From Spirochaetia bacterium (lineage in GTDB: Bacteria; Spirochaetota; Spirochaetia; SZUA-6; Bin103), in the NCBI GenBank assembly GCA_965203905.1, contig CBDBDQ010000005.1:384001-448000 (forward strand): a DNA stretch of 64,000 nt. Reading direction: 5' to 3'. Shown here one piece after another: positions 30,081 to 37,794 of the stretch (position 1 is the first letter of the stretch; each line of letters opens with the position of its first letter). The translations under genes were made by a program, and so were the position numbers. The notes beneath the pieces are model-generated. The model was not told the origin of the DNA. It saw only the letters and a list, made by a program, of their open reading frames with translations, and ran no database searches.

Positions 30081-30173
30081 CACGGCCTCCGCGCTCCGTA
30101 CTTACCCTCCTCCGCTCGAGAGCAGCCGCGCAAGCCCCACTCCGATAGCGCCAGCTATTCCCATGCCTGAAAG

Positions 30174-30249
30174 GACTGGTCCGAAAGTGGCGGCCACCCT
30201 GCACTGCCCCATGCGCCGTTTTCATGGTCTTCCGTGTCACGGAGTGACC
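30174..30249 (-). repeat. 76-bp dispersed repeat, copy B (inverted relative to A)
   Basis: Reverse complement matches 16537-16612 with 2 mismatches. Confidence 0.9.
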
Positions 30250-30292
30250 GTGGTGACTCCCCCGAGAACCCACGCCTTCGTGGCGGTATGGT

Positions 30293-30564
30293 TCAGCCGT
30301 TCCCTGATGCCAGCGAGATCCACCTGACGAGCTTCTCTACGAGGTCGGACGGGCCCACACCGTCATAGTACTGTGCAGACACGACTATCCCGCTCTTGGT
30401 TTCCATCCCTATTCCGAGATCCTTCACGACATCCGAACTGGACACGCGCGGGCTTTTACGAACCAGACGCCTGCTGCAGCTTTCGAGCGGCTCTGGTCGT
30501 CGAACACCCTTGCTACCTCCGAGTCAAGGGGCTCCCCCGTAGCGATCACGACATAGACTGACAT
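30293..30564 (-). pseudogene. Frameshifted small hypothetical protein
   Basis: MSVYVVIATGEP...GVWFVKA continues in another frame as SSSDVVKDLGIG...GIVVSAQYYDGVGPSDLVEKL; shift lies in a CGCGCG run near 30445. Confidence 0.45.
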
Positions 30565-30771
30565 CGTCTTACAGTATATCTCTCCGGTCTCTCGCCGTCG
30601 AAGTCAGGAACAGGGCCATCACATGCTGAACGACGTCTGAATCCCGTGTCGGCGGGTGATGTTCTAAGATCGCGTGCAGGGTGCGTAGTTCGTTCGCTGT
30701 ACGACGTGTCCAGAAAAGCGGGTTGCCGCCCACCTGCAACGCCGGTCTCCACGATGCGTTGCTTCCATGTC

Positions 30772-31010
30772 GGTGCCGCGCTGCAGGATTCTGTGAGAAG
30801 GTGCCAAAAAAGTGCGCTGAGCACTTGACGGGTTTGGCGCTGCTCGTAACGGCCCCCTGCCGCACGTTCGGGCCCCTCCGACCCTTCGAATATCCCGCCA
30901 CGCCCTCCAGGCCCTCCAGCACCCCGCCAGCGCCGGCCTGCACTCTTCCAGGTGCCCGTCCCGGGACTTGCAGAAACCGGTCATTTCTCAACCATGATTA
31001 TATTTACGCC
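30772..31010 (+). promoter_or_regulatory. Conserved 5' leader of HNH gene, copy 1
   Basis: Collinear with 57474-57708 (CACTTGACG, CCTCCGAC, GCCCGTCC, TATATTTACGCCATG). Confidence 0.7.
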
Positions 31011-32699
31011 ATGGCTGCCGCGACCAGCTTCGCCTCCTCGCTCTCCGGGCTCCCCGACCAGGTGCTGCTGGCGCACACCAGGTTCCTCGTCCTGCACGAG
31101 CAGGCACTGCAGCTCGCCGTCCTCGACCACCTGCGCGAGATCCACGCCCGCCACCTCCACCTGCGCCTCGGGTTCTCCAGCCTGTTCGACTACGCCGTGC
31201 GCGAGCTGGGCTACAGCGAAGGTGCCGCCTGGCGCCGTATCAAGGCTATGCGCCTGTGCTCCGATACCGCCGGGACACGCGAGCGGCTGCAGGACGGCTC
31301 GCTCACCCTGAGCGCGGCGGCGCAGTTGCAGAACACCTTCGATCTCCTGCAGCGCACGGCGACCGCCGCCGCGGACCCCGGCGAGGCACCCGCGGCAGCG
31401 GAGCTGCTGCCGGGCGGCACGGGGTCGGCGCCGGAGGCGGGGGCTGCGGGGACCGCGGCAGCGGCGGCAGCGCGACCGGTGCCGGCGCTCGACGCGGCGC
31501 AGCGGCAGGAGCTGGTGGCGCAGGCGAGCGGCAAGAGCACCCGCGAGGTGAAGCAGTTGTTGGCCGGGGTGGCTCCCGAGCTGGCGCGCCCGGCCGATCG
31601 CATGCGGGCGCTGGGCGAGGGCCGCTGGGAGTTGAAGGTGGTGATCGACTCTGCCTGTCAGTGCGGGATCGAGCAGCTACGGGCACTGCTGTCGCACGTG
31701 GACCCGCACCTGACGCTGGGGCAGCTGGTGGAGCGGCTGGTGCATGACGGCCTGCAGCGCTACGACCCGGGGCGACCGCCGCGCGGGCGCAGAGGTGGGC
31801 GCCGGGAGGCAAGCGCGGGCCAGGCGCCGGAGCCGCAGGCGCAGCAAGGGCCGGCGCGCGGGGCGGCTTCGCCGGCGAAGCGGGGCGTGCAAGAGCAACC
31901 CGGAGTGCCGGCGCCGCCGGAGGGCACTAGCGCCGGTGGCAGCGCCCCGGCGCCGGCAGCGCTGCCAGCAGCGGAATGTGCGCGCGGGATTGGCGGCGCC
32001 CGCACCTCGGCGGTGGCAGCGCTGTCCGCGCCGCCGTCGGGGCGCGAGACTTGGGGCGGCAGCACCCCCGTGCGTGCCAAGCCAGCGGCGGGGGCGCCCG
32101 GCACCACTACTTCGGCGCCGAAGTTGGTGGCTGGTTGCGGGTCCCGCGCCTCCGTACCGACGGCGCCGGCCGACCAGAGCTTGCCGACCGCGCGGGCAGC
32201 GGTGGACCGCGGTCGCAGCGCTCCTTCGCCAGCGAAGCGGACAGGGGCCGCGCAGCGGACAGGGGCGGCGCAGCGGGCAGGGGCGGCGCAGCGGGCAGGA
32301 GCGGCGCAGCGGGCAGGAGCGGCGCAGCGGGCAGGAGCGGCGCAGCGGGCAGGAGCGGCGCAGCGGGCAGGAGCGCAGCTCGATGGCCGTTCGCGGCAGC
32401 AGGCGGCGGCATCCGACCCGTCCTCAGGCAGCGCGCAGCCGTCCCACCGGACGCGCCGATCCCGCTACATTCCGGCACCAGTGCGGCGCGAGGTGTGGCG
32501 CCGCGACGGTGGCTGCTGCAGTTACGTCGATCCGCACAGCGGGCGGCGCTGCGGCTCCCGCTTCCTGCTGGAGCTCGACCACATCGTTCCCTTCGCGCTC
32601 GGCGGCAGCGCCGAGCCGGGGAATCTCAGAATTCGCTGCACTGCCCACCACCGGTTCCGGCATCGGCAGTACGGACCGCCGCCAGACGGGGCCCCGTGA
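31011..32699 (+). CDS. HNH endonuclease with helical DUF222-like N-terminal domain, copy 1
   Basis: LGFSSLFDYAVRELGYSEGAAWRRI N-domain; C-terminal VWRRDGGCCSY...C...LELDHIVP...GG...NLRIRCTAHH. Confidence 0.88.
   Translation: MAAATSFASSLSGLPDQVLLAHTRFLVLHEQALQLAVLDHLREIHARHLHLRLGFSSLFDYAVRELGYSEGAAWRRIKAMRLCSDTAGTRERLQDGSLTLSAAAQLQNTFDLLQRTATAAADPGEAPAAAELLPGGTGSAPEAGAAGTAAAAAARPVPALDAAQRQELVAQASGKSTREVKQLLAGVAPELARPADRMRALGEGRWELKVVIDSACQCGIEQLRALLSHVDPHLTLGQLVERLVHDGLQRYDPGRPPRGRRGGRREASAGQAPEPQAQQGPARGAASPAKRGVQEQPGVPAPPEGTSAGGSAPAPAALPAAECARGIGGARTSAVAALSAPPSGRETWGGSTPVRAKPAAGAPGTTTSAPKLVAGCGSRASVPTAPADQSLPTARAAVDRGRSAPSPAKRTGAAQRTGAAQRAGAAQRAGAAQRAGAAQRAGAAQRAGAAQRAGAQLDGRSRQQAAASDPSSGSAQPSHRTRRSRYIPAPVRREVWRRDGGCCSYVDPHSGRRCGSRFLLELDHIVPFALGGSAEPGNLRIRCTAHHRFRHRQYGPPPDGAP
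32238..32378 (+). repeat. 18-bp coding tandem repeat (R(T/A)GAAQ, about 8 units)
   Basis: CGGGCAGGAGCGGCGCAG units head to tail. Confidence 0.92.
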
Positions 32700-32802
32700 T
32701 CGGCGCTCGCCGGGGTGCGAGTTGGGCGGTTGGCGTCGGTCCGAGGGCTACGGTAGTGACGATTGCAGCCGGCTTGTCGCGTAGCGTGGGATAGTCCTGA
32801 AG

Positions 32803-33855
32803 TCAGGAAGGGCGCTCCGTTACCGTGGCGGTCAGAAGGGCGGCGCGGAATTCCTCCAGCGAGAGGTGCTCTTCCGCCATGATCAGGGTCGAGTGGTACG
32901 GGGTGAAGACGCCGCTGCCGACGCTCATGGTCACCGGTCCGCGGTTGGGCTCCGCCCACAGGCCGCGGGCGCGGGCCACCTCCACGCCGAACAGGTCCAC
33001 CTCACGCACCGATCCCGCGGGAAAGTCGACCGTGACCAGGTGGGCCGGGTCCATGATGCCGCGAATGCCCTCCCAGTACTGGGCCAGGTAGCGGCCGCGC
33101 ACGTCCGGACTGGGCGTCGCCGCCATCGGTCCGAGGTGGCCGTTGCGGAAGAGGTACAGCAGCACCTGGTCGCCGACGGGCAGGTTCTGCGCGACCGGGT
33201 CCGCGGCCAGCAGCAGGGGGCTCCAGTCGGGGTTGCTCAACTCGAAGCGCCGCTGCATGGGGTGGGTCAGTCCGAACGCGCGTGCCATCTGAATCGCATA
33301 AGTGGCGCCGCAGCCGACCCAGTTGGCGCCGAAGGTCACGAACTCCACGGACTCGGGGTCGTAGCGGTACCCGGCGGCGGCGAGCTGGCGATCGAGATCC
33401 GCCGCCCACGCCTTCGATCGCTCCCAGGCCGCCAGCTCGTACGCGGAGACCGGGGCGCCGTGCGCCGCGGCGGCCGCGGCCCGGTCCGCCTCCAGCCCGC
33501 GGCCGAACTCGGCTCCCAGAGCGCGCCGGTTTTCCGCGAGGTCGCCGCCGAGGCGGCATACCAGGCAGCGCGGACCCAGGTGGGCGCGGGCAAACTCGAT
33601 CAGCTCGCGGTTGCCCCTGAGGCCGGTGGGCAGGATCAGGAACGCTTCGTCGTCGCGGTCCGCGATCTCGCGGATCAGCCGCTGCTTCTTCCGCCGCAGC
33701 ACCAGGTCCAGCTCGCGACACGCCGCGGTGCGTCCCGGCCAGTGCTCTCCCCCGCCCCACAGCAGCTCCCGCCGGCGCTGGTCCGCGGGCGCGATCTCGA
33801 TCCAACTGAGGGCGTGCACGCACAGATACAATCGGTTCAAAGCCTTCGGCTGCAT
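32803..33855 (-). CDS. Hypothetical protein
   Basis: 350-aa ORF with genome-typical codon usage and SD AAGGAG; no family recognised. Confidence 0.75.
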   Translation of the reverse strand: MQPKALNRLYLCVHALSWIEIAPADQRRRELLWGGGEHWPGRTAACRELDLVLRRKKQRLIREIADRDDEAFLILPTGLRGNRELIEFARAHLGPRCLVCRLGGDLAENRRALGAEFGRGLEADRAAAAAAHGAPVSAYELAAWERSKAWAADLDRQLAAAGYRYDPESVEFVTFGANWVGCGATYAIQMARAFGLTHPMQRRFELSNPDWSPLLLAADPVAQNLPVGDQVLLYLFRNGHLGPMAATPSPDVRGRYLAQYWEGIRGIMDPAHLVTVDFPAGSVREVDLFGVEVARARGLWAEPNRGPVTMSVGSGVFTPYHSTLIMAEEHLSLEEFRAALLTATVTERPS

Positions 33856-33906
33856 CGGCTGCTCCTTCGCTTGACGGGCGTCGCCTCACGGTAGACGCTG
33901 TGCGCC

Positions 33907-34806
33907 ATGTCTGCTACCGACGGTGACGCACTGAAGTACTCCGTGGTGTTGCGCACGCTGCACGGCTTCGGGGAATATCTGGCGGCCGACGCCAACGTCT
34001 GGGAGCACCCGCACGAGGTGCTGGAGGCGGTGGCGGCGGCGGGGTACGACGCCGTGGATCTGGATGCGGAACCGGATCGCATACCCCATGAGCGCTTCGA
34101 GGAGGTGCGGTCCATCGCCCGTTCGCTGGGTTTGCACACCCCGGCACTGCTGGCCGCCTGGGGACGCGGGCACGCCGGGGAAGCGCGCGACCTGGGCTCG
34201 GCGGACGAGGCGCAGCGCGCCTACGCGGTGAACTACGCCAGGAAGTGCGTCGAGTTGTCGGCGCGGGTGGGCCGGCCGGTGTTCGAGATCGCCGCGGTAC
34301 CGGGGCTGAGCGAAGAGTACATGCAGCCGGCCACGCTGCTGCACCAGGCGCGTGCCAACTTCCGCCGCTCGGTAACCGAACTGGCGGCGCACGCGGAGCA
34401 ACACCAGGTGCCGGTGGCGATCGAGCCGATCAACCGCTTCGAGGGCTACCAGGGCTTCATGAACAGCGTGGCGGAGGCGATGGAGCTGGTGGACGAGATC
34501 GACTCGCCCTGGCTCGGGGTGATGGCCGACTGCTTCCACGTCAACATCGAGGACAGGTCGTTGGTGGACGCGCTCGCCAGGGCCGGAGACCGGCTGCTGC
34601 ACGTGCACCTGGCGGACAGCACGCGCTACGCGCCCGGCACCGGCCACCTGGACTTCCTGCAGCTCGTTCGCACGCTCAAGAGCATCGGCTACGGCGGCTA
34701 CCTGGCGCTCGACTGCGTACCGCATCTGCCCGACTGGAGAAGCTCGCTGAGCCACTCCATCGCCTTCATGAAACAGATGGAGCGCGCGCACGCGCTGCTG
34801 CCTTAG
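33907..34806 (+). CDS. Sugar phosphate isomerase/epimerase (xylose isomerase-like TIM barrel)
   Basis: IEPINRFE, DCFHVNIED, HVHLADSTRYAPGTGHLDF. Confidence 0.9.
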   Translation: MSATDGDALKYSVVLRTLHGFGEYLAADANVWEHPHEVLEAVAAAGYDAVDLDAEPDRIPHERFEEVRSIARSLGLHTPALLAAWGRGHAGEARDLGSADEAQRAYAVNYARKCVELSARVGRPVFEIAAVPGLSEEYMQPATLLHQARANFRRSVTELAAHAEQHQVPVAIEPINRFEGYQGFMNSVAEAMELVDEIDSPWLGVMADCFHVNIEDRSLVDALARAGDRLLHVHLADSTRYAPGTGHLDFLQLVRTLKSIGYGGYLALDCVPHLPDWRSSLSHSIAFMKQMERAHALLP

Positions 34807-34820
34807 GGGGACGGAACGTT

Positions 34821-35501
34821 ATGGGTAACGCGATCGAGGAACTGCGCGGCTTCGACAGCGCCACCGTCTCCAACGCCGTGGAGCACTTCGCCGCCCGCGA
34901 TCCCACCACCGGCTTCGCCAACAACGAGCTGCGCTGCCTCACCCCCGAGGTGACCGCGCCGATGGTCGGTTACGCGGTGACCGCCACCGCCGACTCAACC
35001 ACCCCCGGCGACCGCCGCACCTCGCGCGTCGACGACGTGGTGAGCCTGATCCACGACGCGCCCAAGCCGGTGGTCCTGGTGGTCAAGCACGTCGGCCACG
35101 ACCGTACCCGCTGCTGCCTGTTCGGGGACATGTTCTGCACCGTGCTGAGCCGGCTCGGCGGGGTCGGGATCGTGACCGACGCCAACATCCGCGACCGCGC
35201 CGCCATCCGCGAGCGCACGCCCGACCTGCACGTGTTCGCCACCGGCCAGGTGGTCTCCCACGGCTACCCGGCGTATCTCGAATTCGGCGTTACCGTGTCG
35301 TTCTGCGGCATGACCTTCGCCCCCGGCGACCTGCTGCACGGCGACGAGAGCGGACTGGTCGCGATTCCCACCGGGCTGGCGGACGCAACCGCGCGCCGCG
35401 CGCGTGAGGTACAAGCGGAGGAAGCGGAGTACTTCGACTTTCTCGCCAGCGATCGTTTTTCCCTGGAGGAGTTGCGGCGCCGCATCATCCCCCACGAGTG
35501 A
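34821..35501 (+). CDS. RraA family (HMG aldolase-like) protein
   Basis: DSATVSNAVE, PMVGYAVT, GIVTDANIRD, PGDLLHGDESG. Confidence 0.88.
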   Translation: MGNAIEELRGFDSATVSNAVEHFAARDPTTGFANNELRCLTPEVTAPMVGYAVTATADSTTPGDRRTSRVDDVVSLIHDAPKPVVLVVKHVGHDRTRCCLFGDMFCTVLSRLGGVGIVTDANIRDRAAIRERTPDLHVFATGQVVSHGYPAYLEFGVTVSFCGMTFAPGDLLHGDESGLVAIPTGLADATARRAREVQAEEAEYFDFLASDRFSLEELRRRIIPHE

Positions 35502-35596
35502 ACACAGGTGATTCCGTGACACGGAAGGCGACGAACGCTGATGCGCAGGCATCCGCCGCTGACCAATGACGTTCGGACAGTGACCAGGAGGCCGTC

Positions 35597-36451
35597 ATGA
35601 CCGCTGCAGACCGCAAACGGCATGTGCACCAGCTCGAGCGGGAGGGCTACACCATTCTCCCGGAAGTGCTCTCGAGCGCCGAGATCGAACGCACCAGGAG
35701 CGCCATCGACGAGACCCTCGACGCGGAGGCCGAGATCGCGCGCAAGTACGGCCTGCAGAACGAGGACCTGCAGATGGCGTACAACGCCCAGGGCAAGCAT
35801 CCTCACTTCTACGGCCTGCTGGTGCGCAACCCGGAGCCGGTGGAGGTGGCGCGCGGCGTGCTGGGGGAGGACCTGTTCGCCCACGACGTCGCCATCCGCA
35901 AACCGCTCCCCACCGGCAACAAGGACTGGACCAGGCTGGGCGGCTACCTGCATGCCGACTGGCACCATTTCACGGTCACCCCGTTCCTCGGCGGCAAGCA
36001 CTATCCGATGGCGGTGCAGTCCGCCTGGTGCATTTCCGAGTTCACCGTGGAAAACGGCGCAACGCTGATCTGGCCGGGGTCGCACCTGTCGCTGGAGGTG
36101 CCGCCGGAACAGCCCGAGACGCTGCCGCCCGGATACCTCCACACCGAGGCCCCGGCCGGGTCGGTAATCCTGTGGGACTCGGCCCTGTGGCATACCAGCG
36201 GCACCAACTGCGGCAGCGCCCCGCGCTACTCGCTGGTGTTCTACTTTCACCGCTGGTGGCTCAAGGGATTCAATGACTCCTACCGCCTGGTGCCGGCTGA
36301 GGTGCGCGAGGCCATGAGCCGCGAGGAGCGGCGCCTCTGGGGACTGGAGGCGGCGGTTCCCCCCAACACCCACTTCCGCGGCATGAGCGCACAGCAGATC
36401 GCGGCACTCACCCCCGAGGAAAAGGCGGTGCTCAACATCGCCGCCTTCTGA
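35597..36451 (+). CDS. Phytanoyl-CoA dioxygenase (PhyH) family protein
   Basis: LHADW, FTVENGATLIWPGSH, LWHTSGTN...RYSL. Confidence 0.9.
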   Translation: MTAADRKRHVHQLEREGYTILPEVLSSAEIERTRSAIDETLDAEAEIARKYGLQNEDLQMAYNAQGKHPHFYGLLVRNPEPVEVARGVLGEDLFAHDVAIRKPLPTGNKDWTRLGGYLHADWHHFTVTPFLGGKHYPMAVQSAWCISEFTVENGATLIWPGSHLSLEVPPEQPETLPPGYLHTEAPAGSVILWDSALWHTSGTNCGSAPRYSLVFYFHRWWLKGFNDSYRLVPAEVREAMSREERRLWGLEAAVPPNTHFRGMSAQQIAALTPEEKAVLNIAAF

Positions 36452-36453
36452 CC

Positions 36454-37566
36454 ATGGCTGCCACCGCCGGCGGCGAAGTCCAGTTCAGTCTCACCCAGAC
36501 GCAGCTCATCTGGCGCGACTTCAGGCGCCACCGCGCCGCGCTGGCCGGCGGCATCGTCATCGCCCTGCTCTACCTGATGGCGCTGGGCGCCGAGTTCATC
36601 GCCCCGTACGATCCCTACTTCCGGGAGATGCGCTCGCCCCTGGTGCCGCCGATGCGCGTGCACCTGCGTGACGCCGAGGGCCGGGTCCGCTTCCCGTTCG
36701 TCTACGGCCTGGAGCAGAAGCGCGACCCGGAGACCTTCAGCCCGTTCTACGAGCCGCAGACGGATCGGCGTTATCGTGTCGGCCTGCTGGTGCGCGGCGA
36801 CGAGTACCGGTTGTGGAATCTGATCTCTTGGGACGTGCACCTCTTCGGGGTGGCCGGGGAGCAGCGCCTGCACCTGTTCGGCACCGACGATCAGGGCCGC
36901 GACCTGCTGTCGCGGGTGATCTTCGCCACCCGGCTGTCGATGAGCATCGGTCTGGTTGGCGTGACCATGAGCTTCCTGCTGGCGGTGACGCTGGGCGGTC
37001 TCTCCGGCTACTTCGGGGGCGCCGTGGATCTGGTCATTCAACGCCTGATAGAGATCCTCACCTCGATCCCGAGCCTGCCGTTGTGGATGGCCCTGGCGGT
37101 GGCCATCCCCCTTAACTGGCCGATTACGCGGGTCTACTTCTTCATCACCGTGATCCTGTCGCTGATAAGCTGGCCGGGCCTGGCGCGCGAGGTGCGCGGC
37201 AAGTTCCTGTCGCTGCGCGAGCAGGACTTCGTGGTGGCGGCGCAGTTGGACAACGCGGGCAGCGGGCGGCTGATCTTTCGCTACCTGGTGCCCTCCTCCC
37301 TGAGCCACATCATCGCCTCCGGCACCCTGGCGATCCCCAACATGATCATCGGCGAGACCGCGCTGAGCTTCCTCGGCATCGGCCTGCGGCCCCCCGCCCT
37401 GAGCTGGGGCGTGCTGCTGCAGACGGCGCAGAACGTGCAGAGCGTGGCGCTGTCACCATGGCTGCTGCTGCCGGTGGTGTTCGTGGTGATCGCCGCCCTG
37501 GCCTTCAACTTCCTGGGCGACGGCATCCGCGACGCCGCCGACCCCTACCAGACGTCAGCAGCGTGA
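36454..37566 (+). CDS. ABC transporter permease (DppC-like), no adjacent DppB
   Basis: GTDDQGRDLLSR, ETALSFLGIG, GDGIRDAADPY. Confidence 0.93.
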   Translation: MAATAGGEVQFSLTQTQLIWRDFRRHRAALAGGIVIALLYLMALGAEFIAPYDPYFREMRSPLVPPMRVHLRDAEGRVRFPFVYGLEQKRDPETFSPFYEPQTDRRYRVGLLVRGDEYRLWNLISWDVHLFGVAGEQRLHLFGTDDQGRDLLSRVIFATRLSMSIGLVGVTMSFLLAVTLGGLSGYFGGAVDLVIQRLIEILTSIPSLPLWMALAVAIPLNWPITRVYFFITVILSLISWPGLAREVRGKFLSLREQDFVVAAQLDNAGSGRLIFRYLVPSSLSHIIASGTLAIPNMIIGETALSFLGIGLRPPALSWGVLLQTAQNVQSVALSPWLLLPVVFVVIAALAFNFLGDGIRDAADPYQTSAA

Positions 37567-37641
37567 CCCAGGAGACGTCCGTGGGCCCGCGCCCAGCCAC
37601 TCCAGCCAGCCGACCCAGCCGACCTCAGCCGATACTTCTCC

Positions 37642-37670
37642 TTGACAACGGTAGGAGAACCTCTCATGGT
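37642..37670 (+). promoter_or_regulatory. Putative sigma70 promoter of SBP gene
   Basis: TTGACA-17 nt-CATGGT. Confidence 0.5.
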
Positions 37671-37794
37671 TCTGGATTGCACCTCGCGGTGTACGCTTTC
37701 GGACAGGGGGTCAGTTGGTAGGAGATCAGATAAGTACAGGGCGGATTCCCTCGATTGAATCCGCGAGCGCAGGTCAACTTAGAAAGGAACCATT

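Noticed and set aside
30681-31010. N-terminal extension of HNH copy 1 given by the ORF track
   Set aside because: Protein homology with copy 2 begins at ATG 31011, and the matching leader in copy 2 has an in-frame stop.
32238-32378. 18-bp repeats as a CRISPR or iteron array
   Set aside because: No spacers, in frame within the HNH gene, and no rep gene nearby.
31011-32699. HNH proteins as Cas9 or IscB
   Set aside because: No RuvC motifs, PLMP N-terminus or CRISPR array; HNH is at the extreme C-terminus.
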